Virus record (IMG/VR): IMGVR_UViG_3300032320_000360
Span: 1 to 30,154 of that record
From: a virus
Lineage: Duplodnaviria > Caudoviricetes
Length of the DNA stretch: 30,154 bases
Reading direction: 5' to 3' (one strand)
Shown piece after piece: positions 17,341 to 25,772 of the stretch. A program made the position numbers and the translations under genes. Position 1 is the stretch's first letter. The number at the start of each line of letters is the position of its first letter. Below the pieces are notes generated by a model, which saw nothing but the letters and a program-made list of their open reading frames with translations, was not told where the DNA came from and made no database searches.

Positions 17341-17963
17341 TATAGTCTTCCCCATTTAAATTCTGTTTGTCCAACCCAACCTGCTTTGTCAAAACACATA
17401 TCTCCTTTGACTCCTTGATAAAACCAATTGCTCCAATTGCTGGTTCTGCGACCTGCTGTTCTTTCAAAGTCTGCAAATAGACTGGAACAGTCAATGGTAA
17501 TTTGACAGGACTTTTCACTTTCTACCACGGCAAAATTATAGATAACACCATCAAACATCAGTATGGGTGTGTCTGCCAATTGTAGGTTGCTGGTGCCACC
17601 CGTGCCAAAGTTTAGAAAGGCCTTATAGATGACCACACGCTTGCCTTCAATTTCATTTTCCATTAGATATTGAACTGATGTTCTATCAACGCCACTTAGG
17701 AATATGGAAAACTTGCCAACCTTGACATCAAAGTCTTCTGCCAACGATGAAAAGCCAATGAAATTGCCCTGTGCGGTATAGACATTGCTACCTGCAGTAG
17801 GTGCAGTGGGGCTGTCAAATGATAAATCAGCACCGCCACTACACAAGTATATGGGTAGATTGGCACCAGCATTGGTTTTTAGGTGCAGTTCAACACAATC
17901 AATTGCAATGGTATGATCGCGATAGTATTCATCACGATTGGCTGATGATGAGAATGATTTCAT
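17340..17963 (-). CDS. Tail tip hub protein (lambda L / DUF2163-like)
   Basis: Y.AQGNFIG..., FDG.I, SS.FADFER..GRRT, KWGR ending; gene order. Confidence 0.75.
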   Translation of the reverse strand: MKSFSSSANRDEYYRDHTIAIDCVELHLKTNAGANLPIYLCSGGADLSFDSPTAPTAGSNVYTAQGNFIGFSSLAEDFDVKVGKFSIFLSGVDRTSVQYLMENEIEGKRVVIYKAFLNFGTGGTSNLQLADTPILMFDGVIYNFAVVESEKSCQITIDCSSLFADFERTAGRRTSNWSNWFYQGVKGDMCFDKAGWVGQTEFKWGRL

Positions 17964-18581
17964 TTACCAAACTTCCCTCATTGATACTGACATTGAAGTA
18001 ATACCACCGATGCCTGTGTCAAACTCTTGCACATCTTCTGCTAGAACAGCGGTAAATGGCACGGCAGTGATTGTGAGGTTAGTTGATGAGGGAACTGCTG
18101 ATGTTAGTGGGCAGGTAAAGTATAGTGTGGCATTACCTGAACCGTTTGCAATGCAAGGTGCCACACACAAGTAGACCTTTGAGTGATTGTTAAACTTGAA
18201 ATAATCACCTGCTGCCAAAACAGTTTTGCCATTGCCACAGTTGGTTAGTGAAACCTGCTTGGCACCTAGAACTGCATTGGCTGATGTTCTCACAGTGGTT
18301 GAAGGTGGATTAGTGCTTTTGGAATAACTTAGTTTAGGCAATACAATTTCAAAACTAAATGTCTGACCCAGGGCCTGTCCTAGAAATCCTGTGACTGTGC
18401 CAGCATCAATGGCTTCCATTGAAGGATATTTTACTTCCCAGGTATAATAACTTATGCCCAAGCCTACTCGACGCATCTTGCCACTTAGACTGGTAGAAGT
18501 CTGTGCAGGAGTTACTGTCTTAAAGTTCACACTGGTGAAACTTGGGTATGTTGGGTATTGACTACCTGTAATGTCAGCCAT
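17964..18581 (-). CDS. Distal tail protein
   Basis: Directly after the tape measure gene; AGDYFKFNNHSKVY motif. Confidence 0.7.
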   Translation of the reverse strand: MADITGSQYPTYPSFTSVNFKTVTPAQTSTSLSGKMRRVGLGISYYTWEVKYPSMEAIDAGTVTGFLGQALGQTFSFEIVLPKLSYSKSTNPPSTTVRTSANAVLGAKQVSLTNCGNGKTVLAAGDYFKFNNHSKVYLCVAPCIANGSGNATLYFTCPLTSAVPSSTNLTITAVPFTAVLAEDVQEFDTGIGGITSMSVSMREVW

Positions 18582-21118
18582 TATACAATGCTCCTTTGTC
18601 CACGCTCTAACATAGCGTCAGAGATAATTTGTTGTATCACACCTTTGCGACTTGATAACAATTGATCAAATCCCTGTGTGTCATTTGCAATGATAGTAAA
18701 ATTTATGTTAGTTGGTGAACTAGAACCTAGGTCCTGGTTGCGTGTGATTGAGCCTGTGGTGTTTGGAGTGAATAGTTCTGGACCATTCTCACCAACCATA
18801 TATGATTTGCCGCCCATAACTGGACCACCCAACTGTCTTCCACTATACTGTTGATTCTTGATTGCTGCCACATTGGCCATACCAGCGGCCACAATGGTAG
18901 CGGCTGCGGCAAAGCCCAGTGCTGGACCAATGAATGGAATCAAACTCATTGCGGCAAATGCCTGAGTGGCCGCTTGGTATGTGCTTATGATGGTCTGTGC
19001 AATGGCCACTGCCTTTTGTGCTTCAAAGGCTTTCTTGTTGTTCTTGCCTGCTTGTTCTAAGAAGCCACCTAGCATTGATAATCCACCTTGGATACCAACA
19101 ATACCACCCTGCACAACCATTTGACTCTGTTGCATTGTGGTCTTGGCCACATTTAGAATGGTAGCATCTGTGACACCAGCCATCTTCAAGTTGGCTTCAA
19201 AGGCATTTAAACGAATTTCGTTCATCTTCTGTTGGTGTTCATATTCCAACTTTTGTAGCAATTGATTCTTTTGATCCGCAGCCAGAACTTCTGAATTTTC
19301 CAATGCGGCTTTTTCAGTCATATACTGTTGTTGTGCAGAAAGACTTGGATCTAGTCTTGACATTGCACCAGTGGCAGTGGTAATTTGTTCTGCTCTGCCC
19401 TGTGGCAATGCTGAACCACTTGCCAATGCTCTTTGCTGTTCTAGTGCCACTGCTTCTCTCAGTGCTTGATTGTTCTGCACATTGGCACGAACTGCCTTTT
19501 CCATTTCAGTGGTGAATAAACTGCCATATTTCAGTCTTTCTTTTTCAACAGCAATGGTCTGTTCACGAACATCTAAATCTTTGATAGTCAATGCAGTGAT
19601 TTCAATTTGACTGGATTTTAGTTCATTGGTGTAATCATTTAGTGCTTTGGTCTGTATGTTCTTTTGAATCAGTGCCGATAAAGTATTCTTATTGGCTTCA
19701 TAGGTTTCTTTGCTTACTGATAAACGATAGGATTCAAGTTGTCCAGCAATTTGACGCTGTCCCGCATCCTTGATGCCTTCTACATAGATAGCACTTTCAA
19801 GTTCTAGAATCTTTTGTTTGGTTTTTAGACTTTCTTCAATCAGCAATTTCTTGCGTGTTTCTAGAGCAAGTTCTCGTTCCAATGCTGGAGGAATTGCTTC
19901 ACCAGTCTTTTTGTATTTCTCACGCTCTTTGGCCACGGCTTTTTCAACTTCAAGCCCAATGTTTCTAATGCCATTTTGTTGTGCTTCAATGACATTCTGT
20001 GCTTTGAGTTGATCTATAGTCTGTCTTAGACCCTTGTCTAAGTCCAGAGCCTGCATATTGCGTTGATGGTTGACTACCAAACCTTTCTTGGCTTCTTCAG
20101 TCAATTGTGTTTGACTCTTGACTGCTTTTTCTGTGTCCTTGCCAAACACACCTGCTTGTTGTGCGGCATATCCAATGGCAGCACCCAGTGCGGCTGCACC
20201 TAATACTGCGGCACCACCTGTCAATACTGCCATTGCTGTGGCAGCAGGTATCAATGGTATCAACAATGCGGCTGTGGCAACTGCAATACCACCAATGGCT
20301 CCTATGACCACCCCAATGTTTTTACTCATCAAGTCAAGAACTCGAACAAAGGCATCGCTGATGCCAAACACGCTGTCAAAGTTTTTCACTGCCACTGTTA
20401 GTGCAGTATTGAGATTTTCAAATGCCTGTGGTATTGTTCTTATGGTTTTGCCATAATCCTGCGTGATCATATCGGCATCGATAAGAGCCTTGCCCAACAT
20501 TTCAGCACTTAGGCGTCCATCGCTGGCCATTGAAATCAATTCAGTTCTTGTGAGTCCAGTCTGCTTTTCCAAGACCTTCATCAAATAACCGTTGGTTTCC
20601 ATAATGGTGCGGAACTCATCACCATTCAATGTGCCTTTCTGCATTGCCTGAGCAAACTGATAGAGAGCCGCGGCAGCACCAGCACCTGATGCACCAGATA
20701 TCTGTAGAGTCTTGTTGAAGTTCTCTGTTATCTTGGCCAATGCTTCATTACTGCTACCAGCAAAGGTGCTTGATTGTGCTAGTTTTGAAAATAGGTCAAT
20801 GGTTCCTGCTAGACTACTGCCTGTGGCCTGTGCAGTATTGGCCAATAAACCAAATGTCTTGTTGGCAGCATCAACTGATCCAGTGGCAAAGATCAACTTG
20901 TTGGTCATCTCTTGTGCTGCCACTGTGATATCGTAGAGTTGTTTGGTGATACTACCGCCAACGGCTATGCCAGCGATAGCACCCAATGCTGATTGTAATC
21001 CGCCTAGGCTTCTAGTGACTGTGGAAGCAGATCTCTGAATGCCACCAAGAGCACTTTCAATCTGCGATATGCTTCGTAACGCACCACTGGCGTCACCATC
21101 AATTTTAATAACAGCCAC
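18581..21118 (-). CDS. Tail tape measure protein
   Basis: Tape-measure domain (QAMQKGTLNGDEFRTIME), hydrophobic segments, C-terminal GGPV..G..YMVGENGPELF. Confidence 0.93.
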   Translation of the reverse strand: MAVIKIDGDASGALRSISQIESALGGIQRSASTVTRSLGGLQSALGAIAGIAVGGSITKQLYDITVAAQEMTNKLIFATGSVDAANKTFGLLANTAQATGSSLAGTIDLFSKLAQSSTFAGSSNEALAKITENFNKTLQISGASGAGAAAALYQFAQAMQKGTLNGDEFRTIMETNGYLMKVLEKQTGLTRTELISMASDGRLSAEMLGKALIDADMITQDYGKTIRTIPQAFENLNTALTVAVKNFDSVFGISDAFVRVLDLMSKNIGVVIGAIGGIAVATAALLIPLIPAATAMAVLTGGAAVLGAAALGAAIGYAAQQAGVFGKDTEKAVKSQTQLTEEAKKGLVVNHQRNMQALDLDKGLRQTIDQLKAQNVIEAQQNGIRNIGLEVEKAVAKEREKYKKTGEAIPPALERELALETRKKLLIEESLKTKQKILELESAIYVEGIKDAGQRQIAGQLESYRLSVSKETYEANKNTLSALIQKNIQTKALNDYTNELKSSQIEITALTIKDLDVREQTIAVEKERLKYGSLFTTEMEKAVRANVQNNQALREAVALEQQRALASGSALPQGRAEQITTATGAMSRLDPSLSAQQQYMTEKAALENSEVLAADQKNQLLQKLEYEHQQKMNEIRLNAFEANLKMAGVTDATILNVAKTTMQQSQMVVQGGIVGIQGGLSMLGGFLEQAGKNNKKAFEAQKAVAIAQTIISTYQAATQAFAAMSLIPFIGPALGFAAAATIVAAGMANVAAIKNQQYSGRQLGGPVMGGKSYMVGENGPELFTPNTTGSITRNQDLGSSSPTNINFTIIANDTQGFDQLLSSRKGVIQQIISDAMLERGQRSIV

Positions 21119-21285
21119 TATCTGCTCCTTTTATTCGCCTGCTTCTTCATTTCCTCTGCTTCCATCTTGTAGAACTGTGCCCAACCGGCAAATTCATAAG
21201 TGGTTATGCTGAGGATCTCTTCCACTGTGCGGCCCAAATCCTTTGCCAGTCTATAGGCAAACATCAGGTCTGGGTCCGCCTTTAG
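21118..21285 (-). CDS. Tail chaperone frameshift extension (gpT-like)
   Basis: -1 frame after A AAA AAC reads LKADPDLMFAYRLAKDLGRTVEEILSITTYEFAGWAQFY...; TAG overlaps the tape-measure GTG. Confidence 0.85.
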   Translation of the reverse strand, partial: LKADPDLMFAYRLAKDLGRTVEEILSITTYEFAGWAQFYKMEAEEMKKQANKRSR

Positions 21286-21632
21286 TTTTTTGCTACACTA
21301 TCTCCAGCAAGGTCATCTCCGGCAAGTTTGTTCATTTCACCTACTACCTTGATTAGAACCTTGGGATCTACTTCATTTAACAATGCGGCTTTGTCTGCAA
21401 AGTTGAACATCTTGGTGCCATCCTCATTGCGAGCACGAACAATAAGACTTTCTACTAGGGCTTCCACAGTTTTACCTGCTTGGCTTAGTTCTAGAATCTT
21501 GCCTTCTTCTTTGAGACTCACTGCTGACTTGTAATAGATTTTTGTTTCCCATTCAGGAACATCTACCATCTGCATTGCACCTGATATTTGATTACGGAAG
21601 TGTGCCGTTGCTGTGTCTAATACTTTACTCAT
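21282..21632 (-). CDS. Tail assembly chaperone (gpG-like)
   Basis: V.VPEW...Y, ARNEDGTKMF motif; ends at a slippery site. Confidence 0.85.
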   Translation of the reverse strand: MSKVLDTATAHFRNQISGAMQMVDVPEWETKIYYKSAVSLKEEGKILELSQAGKTVEALVESLIVRARNEDGTKMFNFADKAALLNEVDPKVLIKVVGEMNKLAGDDLAGDSVAKN

Positions 21633-21916
21633 TTTGTTTTTCCTTTAATTGCTGTTAGAGTTGGTCCTATGATGCCCTTTGGCGCCTGACGGCTCGCTCC
21701 AGCCTCTAGTCTTTCAATGTAAGGAACCCTGTTTACTACTTCAAAATTATCCTTGGTCTGTGTCTTGGTCCATTTTGATCTGGCATTACCTGACTTCACT
21801 GGCGTCTTGGCACGGGCTTCTTGTAGCGTGGTGTTGCCCAAATCATTTAAGAATTGAGTCAACTCACGCTTCAAGTCGCTTGCTATGTTGCTAGAACCAG
21901 TAAAGGTCACTTTCAT
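21629..21916 (-). CDS. HK97 gp10-like tail completion protein
   Basis: TPVKSGNARSKW, NRVPYIERLEAG.S.QAPKG. Confidence 0.85.
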   Translation of the reverse strand: MKVTFTGSSNIASDLKRELTQFLNDLGNTTLQEARAKTPVKSGNARSKWTKTQTKDNFEVVNRVPYIERLEAGASRQAPKGIIGPTLTAIKGKTK

Positions 21917-22338
21917 TATACCGCAGTAGTTGAATAGGTTGTTGCGCCAGTTCCTTGGAAGGAAATTGAGGCTTCAACCATACCATCAAATGATGAATTC
22001 ACTGTATAGCCTGTCACAATCACATTGCCTGTGAATGCGTAGTCACTTGTAGATGAATAGTTTTCTTGAATGTAGAACTTGACTGCAACACCACTGGCAC
22101 CAACTAATCCTGATGTTGGATTGAATGTTGTTTCGTATGTGTCAAAATCAGCGGCATCAAAGTAGACATCTGCAGAACCTGAGAATTGGCTTAGTCCACC
22201 AATATAAGTTCTAACATCTGTGCCCATTACTGTTGTTTCAATTGTGTCTTCAGTCATTTCAACTGAGAAATTACGAACTGAAGCAACTGCATTACCATTT
22301 ACGGTAAGTGCTCCGTTGTTTCCTGTTAAATTAGCCAT
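21916..22338 (-). CDS. Major tail (tube) protein, paralog 2
   Basis: IETTVMG.DVRTYI.GL..FSGS; GMVEASISFQGTG. Confidence 0.85.
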   Translation of the reverse strand: MANLTGNNGALTVNGNAVASVRNFSVEMTEDTIETTVMGTDVRTYIGGLSQFSGSADVYFDAADFDTYETTFNPTSGLVGASGVAVKFYIQENYSSTSDYAFTGNVIVTGYTVNSSFDGMVEASISFQGTGATTYSTTAV

Positions 22339-22351
22339 CGTGGTCTCCTAA

Positions 22352-22777
22352 TTAGGCTGTGAATGTGCAAGCACCAGAACCTTGGAAACTGATAGATGCT
22401 TCTACCATACCGTCCATTGAACTGTTGACTGTAAATCCAGTGATGATAACTTCACCTGAGAACTTGCCTGCTGTATCAGCAAGATATAATTCTACAGTTA
22501 AAGTTGATTGACCCACTGTGCCACTTGTTGGATTTAGAACTGCGTGAGTGGCAATAGTTCCTGTTGAAGCCGCTGGATCAAAATAGATGTCAGCACTTCC
22601 ACTCCAAGAACTCAAACCATTTAGGTATGTTCTTACATCAACACCCATTGTGGTTGTTTCAATGGTGTCTCTTGTGAGTTCAACTGAAAAAGTTCTTACT
22701 GATGCGATAGTTGCTACTGAACCACCTACTGATGAGTCTAATTTTACGACTCCGTTGTTTCCTGTTAAAATGGCCAT
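22352..22777 (-). CDS. Major tail (tube) protein, paralog 1
   Basis: IETTTMG.DVRTYL.GL.SWSGS; GMVEASISFQGSG. Confidence 0.85.
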   Translation of the reverse strand: MAILTGNNGVVKLDSSVGGSVATIASVRTFSVELTRDTIETTTMGVDVRTYLNGLSSWSGSADIYFDPAASTGTIATHAVLNPTSGTVGQSTLTVELYLADTAGKFSGEVIITGFTVNSSMDGMVEASISFQGSGACTFTA

Positions 22778-22983
22778 TATTCGTCTCCTTTATTAGTGAT
22801 ATTGGCTTCTTCTACGGCTGTTACGGTCGCCTTAGACTTCACCGGGGGCTTGAGACGAATAACCTCTTCTCCTGCCTGTTCTTTGTCAGCGGCTGCTTCA
22901 CGCCATCCTGCTGACTGCATTAGTTCTAATTCTTCAGGTTGACAGTATCTAGTCATACCTTTTTTAGTTAAATGTATCTTCAT
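22777..22983 (-). CDS. Hypothetical small protein
   Basis: Overlap-coupled at both ends; SD AGGAG. Confidence 0.65.
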   Translation of the reverse strand: MKIHLTKKGMTRYCQPEELELMQSAGWREAAADKEQAGEEVIRLKPPVKSKATVTAVEEANITNKGDE

Positions 22984-23426
22984 ACTGCTCCTCTTAGATA
23001 ATTGTAAGTGACTACATAGGTAATTAGGAACTCAGCCAGTGGTGGTTGGCGATCTATGATCTCCACTCTTGTTATTTGACTGTCTATGACACCACTTGAG
23101 ACAAGTTCTCTATAACGATCGCTGTCTAGTGCCTCTTCTATGGCTTCTATGAGATCATTACGCTGACGATCTAGTTCTGTGCCACGCACATAGGCACGAA
23201 TTGAATACTCAATCCGGCCCATACGACGACCCGCTCCCGGGATACCCATTGTGATAGTTTCTCTATCTTCTACTGTTGGTTGCACAAAGATTGCTGGGAA
23301 CTGTGTGATGGCCATTTCTTGGATCACTACTGGCTCACGACTGACAAACACTGGGCGTGGATCAGTCATTTCTTTGAGAACACGAACAATGTTCTCTGCT
23401 ACCTGTTGGCGTATGTTCTGTGCCAT
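22980..23426 (-). CDS. Tail terminator protein
   Basis: IRQQV..., QFPAIFV...EDRE, LIEAIEEAL; gene order. Confidence 0.75.
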   Translation of the reverse strand: MAQNIRQQVAENIVRVLKEMTDPRPVFVSREPVVIQEMAITQFPAIFVQPTVEDRETITMGIPGAGRRMGRIEYSIRAYVRGTELDRQRNDLIEAIEEALDSDRYRELVSSGVIDSQITRVEIIDRQPPLAEFLITYVVTYNYLRGAV

Positions 23427-23863
23427 TATCGTTTGAGCCTTAGGCTGGTTACAGGGGCACCTTCTGCCAATGAAACTGTATCATTGTTGTCAATGTCATA
23501 CTGCACACCTTCACGCAGAATGAGATCCATTTCGTGTTCAAAACGACCCTGATAGTAGGTCATCATCATTTGGAATTTGTCGGGTTCGCCCCCGGAGAAC
23601 TGTGTTAGTTTAGGAGCAATATGATAGGCCAATGCGTGATAGACTGTGGCCTGTTTGAATTGTGTTGCAGTTAGTAGTGTGGGGTCAAAGGCCACATTGA
23701 TTAAACTGGTATGCGTCTTTTGATATGCTTGATACCAACGCACCTTGAGCACACGATTGATTTCACTTTCGCTACGGGCTAATTCTGCATCCCAATCTAA
23801 AACACCATATTGATCAATAGTTGGTTCAACCTGTTTGAGGTCGTCAAAAGTTGCATAAGCCAT
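23426..23863 (-). CDS. Head-tail adaptor protein
   Basis: MAYATFDDL start typical of adaptors; ATG at 23863 with SD AAGGA. Confidence 0.75.
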   Translation of the reverse strand: MAYATFDDLKQVEPTIDQYGVLDWDAELARSESEINRVLKVRWYQAYQKTHTSLINVAFDPTLLTATQFKQATVYHALAYHIAPKLTQFSGGEPDKFQMMMTYYQGRFEHEMDLILREGVQYDIDNNDTVSLAEGAPVTSLRLKR

Positions 23864-23868
23864 AGTAG

Positions 23869-23921
23869 CGAGTCCTTCTCGATTATAAGATAGAGGAGTC
23901 CTTCTCCTCACTGTATATTTA
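23869..23921 (-). promoter_or_regulatory. TAAATA motif followed by two AAGGA-loop hairpins
   Basis: TAAATA 23916-23921; GAGGAG-AAGGA-CTCCTC 23893-23909; CGAG-AAGGA-CTCG 23869-23881. Confidence 0.7.
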
Positions 23922-23929
23922 GCGAGGCC

Positions 23930-23959
23930 AAAAGAAAAGGCCCTGATTAGGGGCCTTTT
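23930..23959. terminator. Terminator closing the small-gene cassette
   Basis: AAAAGGCCC/GGGCCTTTT. Confidence 0.8.
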
Positions 23960-23977
23960 GAGGTATGCTATTTCGCT

Positions 23978-24166
23978 TTATTTTGCTTGATAGACAGTAT
24001 AGACTGAGCCATTGACCACCACACGACTTTGTCCTGGCATAGGCTGTGGTGCCCACGCTGGTCCCATCTTATAGGGAATGGGCTGTCCTGGATACCAAGT
24101 GTCTTTACCACCATTATAGGCACAACCAGATGTGACTAAGACTACAAAGAGAATGAAGGGTTTCAC
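23978..24166 (-). CDS. Small lipoprotein
   Basis: Signal peptide MKPFILFVVLVTSG-C with lipobox; Pro-rich mature part. Confidence 0.7.
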   Translation of the reverse strand: MKPFILFVVLVTSGCAYNGGKDTWYPGQPIPYKMGPAWAPQPMPGQSRVVVNGSVYTVYQAK

Positions 24167-24244
24167 TGCACACCACCCTTCAAGGTGAAGAAAAAGAGAT
24201 GGGTATCTCTGGCAGTTGTCACACTCGAGTCACCGGGTGCAATT

Positions 24245-24469
24245 TTATTTAATTTCATAGCCATTATCTCTGGGGTCCATAACCAAATGCCAAAATGACC
24301 ACAATGACATTTTATGATGTTGAGCGGCAGCATAGGAATTGGCAAACTCACCTAGAGGTGTCCGCACAGGCAGAAGTTTCCTGCTGTGTCCTAGCGATTT
24401 GGCGGAGTTCTTTAATTCTCGCGATTGCCTCCTTCGCTCGTTGGTGGTGTTTGACTTTTTCTCGCTCAT
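24245..24469 (-). CDS. Small basic putative DNA-binding protein
   Basis: VRTPLGEFANSYAAAQHH resembles the C-terminal module of 34-621. Confidence 0.55.
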   Translation of the reverse strand: MSEKKSNTTNERRRQSRELKNSAKSLGHSRKLLPVRTPLGEFANSYAAAQHHKMSLWSFWHLVMDPRDNGYEIK

Positions 24470-24509
24470 TTAACTGTTTAATGTGTTTGGTGAGTTCATT
24501 AAAATCCAT
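24348..24509 (-). CDS. Hypothetical 53-aa helical protein (MDFNELTKHIKQLNERE...)
   Basis: SD GAGG; overlaps 24245-24469 in another frame. Confidence 0.5.
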   Translation of the reverse strand: MDFNELTKHIKQLNEREKVKHHQRAKEAIARIKELRQIARTQQETSACADTSR

Positions 24510-24675
24510 TTTTAACCTCACTGTATTCTAGTTTATCCAATTGGTCAAGCCAATATTGCAGTTCAAGCAGTTCACTTTGCCAATTGTCGTGTGCCCGTTG
24601 AACACGATGTTCTAAGTGATCTATATTGGCCACAATACCTGCACGGCTGAGAGTGGGTTTGGGATCTGTAGTCAT
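24499..24675 (-). CDS. Hypothetical 58-aa protein (MTTDPKPTLSRAG...)
   Basis: Tiles between neighbours; coiled-coil-like. Confidence 0.6.
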   Translation of the reverse strand: MTTDPKPTLSRAGIVANIDHLEHRVQRAHDNWQSELLELQYWLDQLDKLEYSEVKNGF

Positions 24676-24677
24676 TT

Positions 24678-24764
24678 TTAGATATCTTTAGGATTGAAAC
24701 GAACAAAACGACCAAATAATTTTGGATACTTGACTGCCAAACGACCTAATAAACGATTAAACAT
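24678..24764 (-). CDS. 28-aa cationic amphipathic peptide MFNRLLGRLAVKYPKLFGRFVRFNPKDI
   Basis: First ORF after a sigma70 promoter; SD AAGGTG. Confidence 0.55.
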   Translation of the reverse strand: MFNRLLGRLAVKYPKLFGRFVRFNPKDI

Positions 24765-24799
24765 TTTGCACCTTTCACAATGCTGTTGAACATAGTATA

Positions 24800-24828
24800 A
24801 TAATAGCACCATTTGCGTCATTTGTCAA
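24800..24828 (-). promoter_or_regulatory. Sigma70-type (early) promoter of the small-gene cassette
   Basis: TTGACA-17 nt-TATTAT with extended -10 TG; same design as 1506-1534. Confidence 0.8.
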
Positions 24829-24854
24829 TGTGAAATCTAACCAAAATGATAGTC

Positions 24855-24883
24855 AAAAGAAAAGGGCCTTTTGAGCCCTTTTC
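24855..24883. terminator. Terminator after the major capsid gene
   Basis: GAAAAGGGC/GCCCTTTTC. Confidence 0.8.
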
Positions 24884-24904
24884 ACCAATCTAACCTAAAT
24901 TAGA

Positions 24905-25750
24905 TTAAAGAATGCTTGAGTCAAATGCTAGGTATTGACCAGCTGGGTTGTTCAATACGCCAACACCATAACGAGCTGAACCAACAATGTCCCAACCACG
25001 CAATGCGGCTTGACGTTGTGTTTCAATGTTGATGTCTGCTTGAATTGCAAGACCTAGTGCATCCTTGTGGAATACAGCACCATTGTAATCACCAGTTGTG
25101 CCAGTGTTAGCAATGTTAGATGTTTCATAAACTGGGCAACCAGCCAACATACCAATGTAGCCATTTTCCAAAGCACTATTACCAATCATTGACGCAGGAG
25201 CGGCAAAAGTAGAAGTGATAGTAGATTTTAGATCATAGGCGATCATTGGGTGTAGAACGATGGCACAATCATTAGTTGTGTCATAGCCTTGAGCACGGAG
25301 TTTAGCCACTGCTTCAAAAACCTTAGCGGCTGTGATAGCGCCAGAATTGTCGCCAACACCTGCTGAGAATGAAGTGAACAGAGCTGTTAGATCCAAGTCA
25401 ATCTTACGAGCAATTGCTTCACCAAATAGGCGACCAATATCTGCTACCACATTGCTTGCTGAAGCAACCATAGACAAGTCAGTAACTGAAGTCATTAGAC
25501 CAACTTCACCAATGGTCAATGTTGCACCATCTGTAGAAACTGCTGTGTTGGTCAATGCTGTGCCTTCTGTCAATCCAGCGGCTGTGCTTTTTGGATAAAC
25601 TGGAACAGTGATTTGCTTACCCTGGCCTTGGCCTAAAGAGTAATTGCGAACGAGTCCACGCATAATGGAACGCTCATTTGCCACGAATAATGCCTCTGCA
25701 ACGATTGTAGGCAATAGGTCGTTGAGGGTTGTTGTTGTTGATGCTGCCAT
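24905..25750 (-). CDS. Major capsid protein
   Basis: AIARKIDLD, IVLHP..AYDL, GYIGMLAGCPVYETS, YGVGVL; follows the scaffold; SD AAGGAG. Confidence 0.9.
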   Translation of the reverse strand: MAASTTTTLNDLLPTIVAEALFVANERSIMRGLVRNYSLGQGQGKQITVPVYPKSTAAGLTEGTALTNTAVSTDGATLTIGEVGLMTSVTDLSMVASASNVVADIGRLFGEAIARKIDLDLTALFTSFSAGVGDNSGAITAAKVFEAVAKLRAQGYDTTNDCAIVLHPMIAYDLKSTITSTFAAPASMIGNSALENGYIGMLAGCPVYETSNIANTGTTGDYNGAVFHKDALGLAIQADINIETQRQAALRGWDIVGSARYGVGVLNNPAGQYLAFDSSIL

Positions 25751-25772
25751 AATAGGCTCCTTTAATTAAATG

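Noticed and set aside
6080-23911. Longest-ORF starts at 6136, 8517, 9984, 11392, 17355 and 23911
   Set aside because: Downstream starts have stop-start coupling or SD support, so they were used instead.
24520-24548. Third sigma70 promoter (TTGACC-17 nt-TACAGT)
   Set aside because: Weak -10 and lies inside a plausible coding sequence.
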